Assembly: GCA_047967505.1 (NCBI GenBank)
Contig: CM106538.1
Reading direction: 5' to 3' (one strand)
DNA length: 64,000 nucleotides
Source of the DNA: Dipteris shenzhenensis
Lineage: Eukaryota
Positions 44,301-57,600 of the stretch are shown here, piece after piece. The notes below the pieces were generated by a model. The model did not search any database and was not told the origin of the DNA. It saw only the letters and a program-made list of their open reading frames with translations. The position numbers were made by a program, and so were the translations under genes. The stretch's first letter is position 1. The number at the start of each line of letters is the position of its first letter.

Positions 44301-46889
44301 AGTTTTCTGCTGAAGTCATCAATAAATGTGACAAAATAGTGACAGCCTCCAATAGATGCAGCTTTTGTAGTCCACACATCACAGTGGATTAATTCCAATG
44401 CCTAGGAAAAGGTTTCCTTGCCTGTTTCCCAAATTGACAGGCTTCACAAACCTTGTGCATTTCTGCAACCTTGAATTTTGGCAATCCTGCAACAATATTT
44501 TGGGCTTGCATTGATTTAAGTCGCTGTATATTAACATGACCAATGCGTTTGTGCCAGATATCAATATCTGCAACTACACTGGTCCCATGTGCAAACATTG
44601 CTGCACTTAATTCAGGCATGTCCGCATCCAACGTAAACATCATGCCCTTCTTCTTTCCTTTTGCTATCAAGCGACCATTATTTTTCATATCCTCAACAAA
44701 GCATCCATGAGGATTAAATCAGACCTGCAAGCCCTGCTCAACCATTTGACCAACAGAAACCAGGTTCTTGGTGATGTTCGGGACATGAAATACATCAGAC
44801 AAGTATTTCTTTTTCCCATCCTGCATAGACAAAGGAATTTTGCCAATCTGCACAATAGGATGTGCAGTATCATCACCAGTCTCCACAAATCCTGGCTTTT
44901 CCATTTTCCTTGCATCTTGCATCCATTCTGCATGACTTGTCATGTGGTTTGACGCACCTGAGTCAACATACCACACATCATTTTGTTCTTCTGCACTTGT
45001 CACAGAATTGGTCATATGCTGCACCATAAAAAGATGCTCATTTCTGTCATCACCCTGCCTGCTAGAAGATGCATAATTGCCTTGCTGCAATTTTCCATTC
45101 ATGATGTCATTCTACTTTTTGTAGCAGTCCTTAGCCATATGACCCATTTTGCCACAATAGTAGCATTCAACATTGCTGTTTGCATTTTGGCTTCTCTGCC
45201 ATACACCACGGCCTCTTTGGCTCCCCCTGCCTCTAGAGTTACCACGTCCTCCTGCATAGGACTGGTTTTCTTGCGTTTGTTGCATATTCTGATTTCTACC
45301 ATGGCCTGCAGATCGGCCTCCTCTACCTCTACCTCTACCTCTACCAGCATTTGAGTAGAAGACAGTTTCTTTTGAAGTTCCTGTTGAAGAAGATGCACCC
45401 CCATTTCTCTGCTCTTCAGAAATCAGAAGAGCAATCAACTCCTCAAAATCTGGAAATTTTTCACGGACGGCAATGGATGTCCGGAATTGTGCATAATCCT
45501 TTCCTAGACGATTCAAGGTCACAGAAACCAAATCGTCATCATCCACTGGCGACCCAATGGAAGCAAGTGCATCTGCAATTTTCTTCACTTTCATGTGGTA
45601 GTCATTTATACTCAAATTTTCTCTCTGCACGTTGTGCAACTCCTGTTTGAGTTGCATTTTCCTGGCTTGTGTATTTGTGCTATACATTTTTGCCAAAGTA
45701 TCCCATGCCTCCTTTGGCGTACTTGCATCTTGAATATGCACAATCATGGAGTCCGAAATACTGATAGACAGCCAGTACATAACTTTCCTGGCTCTCTCAT
45801 GCCATCCTTTGAATGCCTGCATTTCTTGTTGACTGGAAACATTAGGAAGAACAGGTTCTTCTTCATTTCCTGTAATGAATTCCCAATAGCCTTTTCCCAT
45901 CAAGAAATTCGTCATTCTAAACTTCCATGCCTGGAAGTTGTTCTTGTCAAGCTTTTCAGTGACAATCTATGAAAGAGAATCAGATGCCATTACAGAACAC
46001 TGCAAAATATTATGTCACTGCAAAAAACACAGCTTTTGCCTCACACCACGGGCAGATCTGCAAAACTGACGAAAGTGGTATTTCACCACACAGTCACTTC
46101 CTAGTGATGATTTTGCATCAATAGGCAAGAGACATGAATCTGCAACTCCCAATATCTCTGCACACAGGCATACGATGCAATTTTTGCGGCACCTTTCCAC
46201 CGACTAGCCGCACAGTGGTCGCACAGCCAAAAACAGGGCCTTTTTCTGAGTGCCTGCAAAGAACTTTCGCCTTCAAAACGGGCCCCGAAACGGCCTCAAA
46301 TCAAAAAAATAAAGTCACCAAGGGCTTCACCTTTCCCGTAGCATATACTGCGCTCTCGCCACACTGCGAAGGGTGACTCAATCTGAAACAGTGCACTCTT
46401 GCACTTCTGGCTGTGCTACCTACAGAGATTTGCTCCCAAACTCGAAATAGGAAAGCAACACTGGTCCTCTTACCAGGACACCACGAACTTGGCTTGCTTT
46501 CTTGAGCTCCTTACCATGAACAAGGCTCTGATACCATGTGAAGATTGTGGGACAGAGGGAAGGAGTCTCACTTGCGGCTTTCTCACATGCACAATGGGGG
46601 AATACACACGAAGGTGGAGGCTGAAAACAATTTTCCTCTTCTTAGTTGTGAAAGCCAAAAGAACTCTAGTACAAAGAAATAGAAGAACCCTATATGTGGG
46701 TCTCAAAACCAAACTCAACTAACTAAGGTGGCATACTAACTGAGCCACGAACTAGTGTAGATAAGGATAGCTGTCATCCAGCTATTATTCGTGAGCGGTG
46801 TACCAACCGCATCTCCAGCTAACAAGTCGGTGACATAAATACACAACGGTCACCCTGGCATATCGCGAGTGGAGCTCGATATCTCAACA
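41371..46889 (-). mobile_element. Full-length Ty1/copia family B, copy B2, nested antisense in copia A gag
   Basis: 5' LTR 46537-46889, 3' LTR 41371-41725; TSD ggtca at 41366-41370 and 46890-46894; PBS at 46524-46536; PPT at 41726-41734. The LTRs differ by about 2 substitutions plus a 2-bp indel. Confidence 0.98.
41740..45990 (-). pseudogene. Copia B2 gag-pol pseudogene
   Basis: ORFs 45112-45915 (gag with CYYCGKMGHMAKDC), 44719-45102 (protease), 44389-44688 and 41900-44398 (INT-RT-RH). TAG stops and small deletions near 44400 and 41933 relative to B1. Confidence 0.96.
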
Positions 46890-49800
46890 GGTCAATCCAG
46901 CAGTAATCGAGGAAATTCTCGAGGTAGAGGAAATCATCATGGTGGACATTCTAGTCACAGTCATTTTGCAAATGAACATGGAAATATGTTTCTTGCAAGC
47001 GAGAACTTGCATCAGACTAATACAGTGTACCTCGACACTGATTTCAATCCCAAAGAGGATTACAGCTATCAAGTTGACCAAGTGGAACAATATCCTTGGT
47101 ACATTGACAGCGGTGGATCATCTCACATGACAAATCATCAGGAATGGTTCACAAAAATAAAGCCATTAGAAGGACAGAAAAATTTCATCTACATAGCAGA
47201 CAATACACCGAATCCAGTTCAAGGGACAGGTGTTATCGCTATGAACAATTTCACTGGTACAAAAGCATTAGTCAAAGATGTGCTCTATGTTTTAAAGCTC
47301 CGCAAGAACCTTTTGTCAGTAGGTCAAATGACCGAACACAATTACAAAGTCATCTTTGACGGTGATGAATGCACTATCAGAGACAAATCCAAAAGATGTC
47401 AGCTAGTAGCAAAAGTTGTCAAGGAAGGATGCTTATACAAAATGCTAGCTACAGTACCAGATAAGCATGCCATGTCAGCTCAACCGCAACAGATGCCACA
47501 ATCTGCAAAATGGCACAAGAGATATGGTCATGTCAACTTCAAGTACTTGTTAGATCACAGGAATCAGAATATGGCAATTGGGATTCCGAAGCTACAGTTT
47601 CTTAGAAAGGTTTGCGAAGCATGCTGCTTCAGCAAACAAAAGCAAACCAACTTTGTCAGAAGTACCTCTCGTGCACAAGGTATTCTTGATTTGATACATA
47701 CAAATGTATGGAGTTATGCCCAGACCCGCACCATCAATGGTTCACTTTATTACTTGACTTTCATCGGCTACTACAACAGATATTGTTGGGTCTACTTTCT
47801 GAAAGAGAAATCTGAAGTGTTTTCCACATTTCAAGAATTCAAAGCCATGGTAGAAAACCAGACAGGCAGAAAGATCAAGGTCATGAGGTCAGATAGAGGA
47901 AGTGAATACATGTCTTCAGCATTCATGAACTTTCTTCAGCATTCATGAACTTTTGCAAAAATCACGGCATTCGAAGACAATTCACATGTGCAGATACTCC
48001 TTAGCAAAATGCAAGAGCTGAAAGGAAGAATGGGACTTTAGCAGACAGTGCTAGAGCAATTCTTAGTGAAAAGCATCTTCTGAATGAGTATTGGGCAAAA
48101 GCAATAGCTACAACAAACTATTTGCTTAATCGGCTTCCTATCAAACCGATACAAGGTATGACTCCTTATGAAGCATTCACTGGACAAAAGCCACACATTG
48201 GGCATCTCCGCATATTTGGTTGCATAGCATATGCCCACATACATGATGATAATCGTAGAAAATTGGATGCGAAGTCATGCAAATGCATCATGGTTGGCTA
48301 CAGTGAAGAAAGCAAAGCATACAAATTGTATGATCCCATCAACCGCAAAGTCATTATCTCTTGAGATGTAATCTTTGATGAGGAATTAGAATGGAAAACC
48401 TCACCTACTCATGAGATAGAAGCATCAACTTCACAGTCATCGACAAAATAGGTTGATGAAGAAGAGCAGGAATCGCTAGCAACACCCCAAGCAGAGCCAC
48501 AGCAGCTCAGACGGTCTACTAGGGAAATCAGACCTCCAGCCAAATTGACATATGCTCAGAAAGGCAAAGCAATTCAAGTGGAAACCACCAACTATGCTCT
48601 TATGACTACCATCATGGCTACAGAAGAGCCAGTGTACTTCGAAGACGCAGTAGACAAGCCAGAATGGCAAACTGCTATGAATGAAGAAATGGATGCTTTG
48701 TATAAAAATAACACTTGGGAATTATGCGACCTTCCACCAGGAAAGAAGGCCATAGCAAACAAATGGGTATACAAAGTGAAGTACAATCCAGATGGCAGTA
48801 TTCAGAGATTTAAAGCCAGATTAGTTGCAAAAGGATTTGCACAACAATATGGTCAAGACTATGATGAGACTTATGCTCCAGTAGCAAAGATGGATTCCAT
48901 ACGGTTCTTGATATTGCAACACTCAGTAAATGGAATGTGTATCAGCTCGATGTCAAGAATGCATTTCTCAATGGTTACCTAGACGAGGAAGTCTACATGC
49001 AACAACCAACAAGTTATGTTGAACCAGGAAAGGAGAATAAGGTTTGCCATCTCAAGAAAAGTCTCTATGGCTGAAAGCAAGCACCCAAAAGTTGGTACAG
49101 CGGAATTGACAAGTATTTTGCTGATCTGGGATACATGAAGTCTAATGCAGATCATACTCTCTACTACAAAGTTCAAGGGGAAGACATTACTATTGCACTT
49201 TTGTACGTAGATGATCTGATTGTGACCAGAAGCAAGGATAGCTTCATCAAAAAATTAAAAAAAGACTTATCTATAGAGTTTGACATGAGAGATCTTGGAC
49301 TTATGCACTATTGTCTTGGAATTGAGTTCTAGAGAGATCCTTTGAGAATTAATTCATGATGGTGGTGGCTCTCATTAGCCACGTTTGTCGTGGGTAAGAT
49401 TCCACCCGGCTGGCAGTCAATTACTAGCCACTGAAGTGCCACCACATGGCATCTTCTTCATGATTACTAGCCCCCCGTCTTGGGTGGTGCCTAAGATTCC
49501 ACTGCAGTGGCCTGCAATTAATATGGATGGAACCCCAGCAAGCTCCAGCCACCACAGTGGCTCAAAATTTATAATATATATAAGATCTGTGGCATTTGGC
49601 ATTTTACTATGTTGCTCTGATCCCGCCCATGCTCTACTACTTTGCTCCACACACTCTGCTACTTTGCTCCACACCCCTCCTCTAGATCTTTTCTGCCCCT
49701 GCTCTACTTTGCTCCATGCTCCCTCCTCCAACTCTCATCACTCATTTGCTCCCCTGCTCACCCGCTCATCTTCTACATGCCTACTACCACCCCCCCTCGA

Positions 49801-50683
49801 TGCTCTGTGATCCCAATGTTATCTGCCTTCTCATATAAGGTGATTGTGTTGCACTCACCTGGAGTAGAAATGCTAGCACTAGTGGAGACCCTTCGTTCCC
49901 ACAGTCGATTCCCCACACATCTACATGCCACCACCTTAGATGACATGCTCATAGAGGGCCTCTTTATGGATGTGCTGTATGGGTTCCCCCTAGATGTCGA
50001 CGAAGGCCTTAGTATTTTCAGAGCAAAGTACTCTAGACTTGCTGGGGGGGCCGTAATCCGAGTCCTAGCAATGTGCATGGTCTTTGGCCTCTCCATCGTA
50101 TCCTCCTTTGGCTCCCTAAAACAAGCTAAACTGGTGGAAAACTGAGTCGTACAAATTCCCTCTTGCTTAGATGAGGCTCTCAGTAATGGTTGGATGTAAT
50201 CTTTTGGGTTCTCAACGATCTTTTGGCTCACTGGATGTAATGTTGTGGCCTCCTAAGGCATTCATGTAATCTCTTTTTGTTCAATTTGAGGCTCTCAGTA
50301 TGCACAGTTGTTAACTTTTATATTTTGAATGGTTATGGCTGCTACCTGTAATCTTTTGGCCTTTAAGGCTCTCAGCAATTGCCGAGTTTTTATAAATATA
50401 AGATCCTCTGTTCAATTTTTACTCAGTATAAGTTGATAATTTTTATATAACCTGTTATTTGATGTAGATGTACATTGTAATCTCTTTTGCTTAATTTTCA
50501 CTCGAGAAATTGTACTTTTGCCCTCATTTATATTTATTGCAACAAGGACTAAAATACCAAGAAAGATGGACTACAATTTCCTTGGTTTATGACCAAAATA
50601 GCGCTAAAATAACTCCAACCATCCCACCGTTGTGGTTGCATGGAGATACATCTAGAAAAATACAATTAAACTTTCATAAATTG

Positions 50684-50837
50684 CAATTGAGGATATGGCC
50701 CTTGAGGGGTCCTCTCTAGGGGCAAGGGCCATATCGACGTGCATTATACAATATCCAAGATGCCACTGGATAGAAATGGCATATCGATATGGCCCTTGCC
50801 TGTAGAGGGGACCCCTCAAGGGCCATATCGTCAATTG
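50684..50837. repeat. 154-bp double hairpin, copy 2
   Basis: Same structure as 23472-23625; here both arms have the gatatggcccttg/caagggccatatc stem intact. Confidence 0.9.
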
Positions 50838-52345
50838 GATTTTGCTTTGTTGCACAACAGAATACATTTTCCTTGGTACATATACATATAACTCAAAGAA
50901 CTAGCGCGGTGGCTTTCATAGATTTCCTTCTGTTTGCCAGTGTGCTGGTCGTCATAGACTTCCTCCTGTAATACGTAAAAATAGGTAATGGAGCTATAAC
51001 TCTAAGAACCAGCACGGTGGTCTTTCCAAGACAACCTTGAATTCTGAGCGATGATAGGTCGTTAGAGGCCAGAGATTGCACTGAGGCAATGTTCAGAATG
51101 ATAGATTGCATCTCATTATTTTGCCAAAAACCAGGGCGGTGGTCTCTCCAAGCCAACCTATGATTTGCATGGTCTGCGGGCAAAGATGCGACAAAAGGTT
51201 GCACGATGACAGGTGGTCAGGCCAAAGACTGTGTGCTATGGTGGTGTTCAGAATGATAGATTGCATCTAATTATTACGCCAAGACCTAGAACGATGAACT
51301 CTCTAAGACAACCTTCAATTTTAATGATCTGTATGGGTTTGGTGCCTAGTGATAGGTGGCAAAGCTAGAGCAAAAGGTTGTGCGATGATAAGTGATAAGG
51401 CAGCATAGGCCAGAGATTGCGCTGCGTGCAATAGTGCAGACATGCCATGTGTCGAGCTATGCAGTGTTCATAACAAATACATTGTGTCTCAGTATTACGC
51501 TAGTGCAACTTCATGACATCAAAAAAATTTTCGAGGAGAGCACGGGTCTGCACAAAATTCATATATTCACCCAGGATCGCATTACGTCGCGGCCCCAAAA
51601 TGGCCTCGAAAATACTTCCACAATTGACTACACCCAAGCAAACGTTAACCTTATTGCATTCACTTCTTGCACTCTTTACGAGTCTATTTATTCCAGCATC
51701 AATCCTACATTAAAGGAAAGAAATTAGCACATTGAGCTTGTGAGCTCAAAAGCAGCTTGTTACATCCACAAGAAGAAGTAATTGTCAGATCCATGAGTAA
51801 AGTCTCTTGATACACACTGCGTAAGCCTTTGACATAGAGCCACAAACATTCTCCAGCATGGACCAATTCTATTTCTCATTCTTATTTAAGTGGTGATATT
51901 CCATTCATGATCCCAAATGAAATCCACAAATATGAAGAACAAAACTAGCAAAAAATTATAGTGCTCGCTATACAAGCATTGACTTAGTTTGAATTGCCAT
52001 AATCATGTTGCAATAGCTCCCTTGGCTAGCAATCATGAATTCCTCTCGATTTTGGCATGAATTGAATTCTTACAAAATACACAATGAGATCAGATTATGT
52101 AACTATAGCATTGCCTTGAAGGCAGTGCTAACAAACAACCAATTTTCACACTTTTTATACCAAGTGATTCATTCTTCAATGATTTGGCCAACTAGATGGG
52201 TAAATGGCATTGAACAAGGAAATGAGTGGCAAGACATCATAACTGATGCTGAGCCATAATTCATTGATTTGGAAAAACCAAGTCTATTGAGGGACTAGAC
52301 CAATGAAATAAGTTTTTAAGGTCCTCCTTCTTGATGGGTTTGATA

Positions 52346-52593
52346 CTCGGGGGGGTCACTCATCATATGTAACCCTATCACATGAGTTCAACAGAAGGAT
52401 TTTTTTTATTTCTAAAATTTACAGAAATAAATATACATAAGGGACTATTTAAAATAGTTTTGGAAAAAATTTACAGATTTGTATAGAAAAGGGGTACATT
52501 TTTATTCATGAAATTTTTTACAGACAAGGGACTTTAAATATAGGCCTTGAACATAGGTGATATAAAGGGTTTATACATAGTGACCCCCCCGAG
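52346..52593. mobile_element. 248-bp MITE with perfect 15-bp TIRs and 8-bp TSD
   Basis: TIR ctcgggggggtcact / agtgacccccccgag; TSD gtttgata at 52338-52345 and 52594-52601; empty site at ~31905 (gggtttgatgttg). AT-rich interior. Confidence 0.96.
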
Positions 52594-54399
52594 GTTTGAT
52601 ATTGTATAAAGGCAACATGATCATTATATTCCCCTTCTCCATCATTGATTTAATTTTTTCACCATAAATTACATTTTTCCACACTTTCTATAGCACATGA
52701 CCCATTTCATGGAACATTAACCCGTGCTATCAAAAGAAAGTATGTGTGATTACATATGACTGAATGTTTATTAAGCAATGGGTTTATGATTTATTCAAAT
52801 TTCACATGTTGAGTTAAAGAGTTGCTAATAAGGGTTATATTCATGTGCACTTCTAGTCATACACCTGTAGCCCTAGTTATAACATAAGGTATTAGCGCAC
52901 AGAGGATATTGTGCCTATGTTTGTATTCTAACTCTTCTATTGAGTTGCAGACGATGCTGGGAGATAGGTGGCTGAGATGGCATGAGAAGAAGCAAACTTT
53001 TTTTCTTCTCCCACATTGTGGGAAGGGGTTGGCATCAATGGGGTTAGAGGATTTGTAACTTGGGTCTTCTAGGAGAAGTTTATTCTCTTCCTACTTTCCC
53101 CTCGCTCTCCTATTTGCCCATTTGATTTATGGGTAGCCTTTCCAAGGGACACTTGAGTAAGAAGACCCTTCGATCCTTTGATTTTGACTTTGACCTGGAT
53201 TGAGGTAGATGGTTTTTCTCAACTTCAACCATTGTGTATTGCATATGGCCATAGAGCCTTGCTTTGATCAAATTGTCATGTCTAGTGAAGACCCCCACAT
53301 CTTTTGTGGCTTTGTACATTGCATCAAGCCACAAGCCTCAAGTCGCCTCAAGTAGCATAACTACTTTTTGCTCCATAACGTTCCTGCCTATAGTTCTAGG
53401 CTGTACCGCCCTTTTCAAGTCATAAGCCTTGATGATTAGAAGGTTATCTCTATTTTCTATAGCTTTGTCTTTCCCTTGTCGTGAGTAACATGTATCATAG
53501 CTTCTTGAAAGTAAAAAATTATGTAATAAGGATTTGGAACAAGACCGTAAAAGAATTACAAGTGCTATGTTTCATGTGAAGCATGCATCCTGAAGACTAT
53601 AGGATATAACAACTCATTCAAAAACATCAAAATTTTATTCTATAGATACATGCAACCAAGTAATCATTCAAAAGTACATTATGTGAGCTTCTCCTCAACC
53701 CAAGGATGCACCTAAATGAGATCATTATGGATGGGTTAATGGGGCCTCCAATGTTGTGCTAAAGTGATGCATACCCATTTGAGGGCATGCTCCATAACTT
53801 TTTTTTTATTTGTTGAAAACCAAAACGGATTGAAAACTTGGAATCCAAACTATTGGGACAAATGCATGGTGGTCTTAAAACGTTGATAGTTGATGGTATT
53901 GGTGTCTAGATTCACCCTAAAATGGAAGAAGTTGGAAAGTGCAATTTGTGCATGTGCAAATATATTTTAATAAATCCAACACTATTTACAATTTTGAATT
54001 GTTTCTTTTTCCATGCACTTACTTGCTATATGGCTCATAAGCATGCCAAAGGTCATTGCATTTAATAATACACAACATCAAACCCGATGGTGTGCCCTTT
54101 GGCCTATTTGTGTTTTGAAGCATTTTAGGGCACATTGCACTTGTTTGGGATATCCAAGTTTGCTGACCTGTATCACTGGAGGGGGAAAAACCAACGGCTT
54201 AAATTTTGCTACCCCTATGAATTTCGAATTTTCACACCTCCCACCCATCAAATCTTGGAAGATTAAGTACCTGCAACCTGCCCCTGCCCTGCAAATGCCC
54301 TACAACCCACACGCACCTCAACATGACCTTGCATAGACTTTGGTTTGCCATTGTCTTCTTTCGGGTAAGTTGTCTTCTAATCTTTGATTGCCTTATCAG

Positions 54400-54667
54400 A
54401 TAACTTCTCCAAGTCTAATCAAGAATGTGGATCTTACCTTTACTAAAAGGCCAAAAGTGATTTGTCAATGCAGAGTACAACAGAGTACAACATAGTTCAG
54501 AGCACAAGAAAAGGAGAGGCAGCCTAAGTGCAGAAGTCATTGCTACAGTGATGACGTTTTGGCATGAAAATACGAGAGTTTCTCCAAATAGAAAGGACAT
54601 CTATAAGAAGCAGACGGGATGCAAGGTGTTTGAGGAGCACATCATACACACGCTAAAAATAACACAG
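54400..54667 (+). pseudogene. Transposase-like exon remnant, copy 3 (frameshifted by a 10-bp duplication cagagtacaa)
   Basis: Near-identical to 2220-2477, with a tandem cagagtacaa at 54471-54490. Confidence 0.5.
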
Positions 54668-57600
54668 GTTAGTGGTGCCTAAACTAGCTCGGTGGTTGTT
54701 TGTGATTGAGCTTTGGGATAGTTTACCTGTTTCATTTCTTAAACTAGGCTTGGACTAAATGTGATTGTCCTAAACCAGCCTAGTGGTTGGAACATCATAT
54801 ATGCAACCGTAGGCTGGTTCAGCTCAATTGCTAGCTATGTGATTGTCTGAACCAGTGCATGTGGTTGAACATACATTAGTTGTTATTCAGCCCGGTGGCA
54901 TGGTCGAGCAAAAATTAATAGCAATATATTTCATAATATATTGTTATTTTACTAAACCAGCCCGGTGATTGCAACATCATGCAATCGTGGCTGCTTTGGC
55001 TCAATCACCAGTTATGTGATTGTCCTGAATGAGCATGGTTGAACAGACATTACTTATTGACTAGCTCTGTGGTTGAAATTATTGTATTTCTTAGTACCTA
55101 AATTCATTAAATTTAATTTCCTACTCTTCGGTTCATATACCACTGCTAAATTGTGAAATTCAGAAATGAAAAGCAATATATTGTTATTTTCTAATGGTGA
55201 AATTCAAAAATGAAAAGCAATATACTTGTTATTGTCTAATATGTGAAGTTGAGTCCATCAGGCTAAACCATCCCAGTGGTTGAAACTATGATAGTGTCCT
55301 AAACCATCCCGGTGGTTGAAATTGTGAGTGACTGCTGTCCTAAACGTGTCCTAAACCAGACCGGTGATTGAAATTGTGACTCTCCTAAACCAGCGCAGTG
55401 GTTGAAATTTGTTTTGCTTCATAATATACTTTAATTAGACTGTGTTTTGTATTCTTTTAGTAGTAGCAAAAAGGGGGCTCATTGTTCTGTCATTCCTGCA
55501 TGTTGGGTCAACAGACTAAATTGTATCTCAAGTTTATGGATCGGAATCCGAACATTTCAATTGGGCAGAGGTGTTGAGAGTTCATGCTCAACATCATGTG
55601 ATCATGTTTGCATAGCACCATCACGTGATCATATGTGCATAGCACTAACCTTATAGAGTGCTATAAAGGAAAGGGTTAGATCCCCTAACCCTAACCCTAA
55701 AAGGGTTTGTATATATTCTATTTTTTGAACTAAATCTAGTGTACAGTTAGTCATTTGTGGTGTGCTCTCTAGCTCTGCCCTCTCTCCTCATCTCCACTCT
55801 TCTCCTCTTCCCTCTTCATATTTTGTCATGGTATCAGAGCTCCCTTGCCTTTTGTTGAGGCATTGCCAATCTCGAGAGAGTGAGAGAGATTGTGAGATTG
55901 AGCGTTCTTTCAGTTCCTTTAAGAGATAGAGAAATTTCCGTCCATTTGAGAGGAATTTCCATCCATGAGAGATTGAGAGATTTCCGTTAATCTCATTCCA
56001 TTCTATTCATTCCTTCTTTAAGAGTTTCTATTCATTGGAGGAAGAAAGAGGGAGCGAGATTTCAGTTGAGAGAGATTCACTCTGAGAGATTGTGTGAAAG
56101 AGAGAGAGGTTTTGAGATATCTGTGAGAAAGAGTTATTAGACTCCCTCAATGACTACATACCTGAGGCGCATCAGCCCCTGTGTGCTCACCAAGTCTCCA
56201 AGGCTCTGACCTTGACTACATGCCTACAACAAATAAGGATCTCTATGCATAGCCTTCTCAGCGAGGGCTCATCCACGACGGCTTGCTTCTCCAAGCTTTG
56301 ACCCGCCGGGCTCACGGGCTCACACGCAATGCTTCAAAACTGCCCATGCAAGCCACCTCTCCAAAGCTTCTACAAAGCTTCCAACAAACAGGCCTCCTTC
56401 CAACAAATGGCTCCTATAGCAGAAGCCTCAAATGTCTCCAATCGGCAGTGCAGCTCTACATCGGCTCTCATCGACTCGACAACCTTCTACGCGGCCTTCT
56501 CTAGGCAACGCCAAGCTTCTAGCTCAGTAACTCTATAAGCCGCGCAGTGCCCAGCTCCATATAGCCTGTATTCCTTATATCCCCTGTTACTCACTACGTC
56601 ACTAGCCGTCTTGTTGGTAACAATGAACACAAAGATGGTGAAGACGATGAGAGGCATGAGTCGCAATTGAAGCAGAGCTCCATGGAATTGGTCTTGTAAG
56701 TTGTGCAATCTCCTACAAGCTCAGCCAACTCGACATACTTTGCCACGGGATTCCCTTGAGCCTTGCATCGTCAACAGCCATGCTTTGGCCCAAAGTAAGG
56801 GCCCGCTTCTGGCAACGTCTCTCCTGACGGCCCTTCGTGACAGCTTGCGGGATCCCATACCCTCTGATGCCATCGATACCCTATGCCAATCGACCTCTCA
56901 GCCTCTGCAACGACTAAGCGAAACTGCATCTCCAAGGCGCCATCTCCATCGTTCAGTCCATCGCCTCCGTCGACCAAGATACCTGCATCTCTTCTCTGAG
57001 AGAGAAACTACCACGTGGTAGATAAGGCCACGTGGCACTCTTCAATCCCATCACCCACCTTAGGTCAAGGTAACCCGGTGTAGAGTAACCCTGGTCAAAA
57101 ATGGATAAGGATGGTTAAGTGAACCCCCAGTCAAATTAACCCAAGGCTGGGCTACTCAGAGAAGGGTGGTCAAAAATCAGCCACGTGGCACTTATCCACT
57201 TGCCATGTCATCCAACTGACATGTGCCAACCGATTGCCACATCATCAACCTTATCATGCCACATCATCAAGGCAATCCTTATCTACCACGTCACCCCTGC
57301 CAGCTCAGCAGGCCACGTCACCTGTGCCACATCATCATCAACTGCCACATCATCATCGATTGCCACATCACCTATGCCACATCAGTAGTCCATGTCATCA
57401 CTACCACATTAGCATTGCCATGTCATCTGCTGACATCATCATCTGTGCCACCTCAGTAGTGCCACCTAAGTAGTCCAATCAACACTGACCTCTGTAGGCA
57501 CTCACAGTGCTCCACAGTCACTTCATGTGACCACTTCTGCCACCTCAGCATAGGCTCCACTGGCACACCTCTTGCTAGGCATAGTGCCACATCATCACTG

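Larger units (their letters stand above)
37656..49332 (+). mobile_element. Copia family A copy 2, interrupted by copia B2; 3'-truncated
   Basis: LTR 37656-37983, PBS-like tggtatcgaagc at 37984, gag ATG at 40384, split at 41370/46890, ends at YCLGIEF* 49332. Confidence 0.9.
32046..52734 (+). repeat. Copy 2 of the large tandem segmental repeat
   Basis: Collinear with copy 1 once LTR element C, the 785-bp duplication, copia B2 and the MITE are removed. It lacks the segment equivalent to 24881-31667. Confidence 0.93.

Noticed and set aside
27968-44398. Long 779-aa and 832-aa pol ORFs as functional autonomous elements
   Set aside because: Both B1 and B2 have stops in gag and lesions in RNase H, so neither encodes a complete polyprotein.
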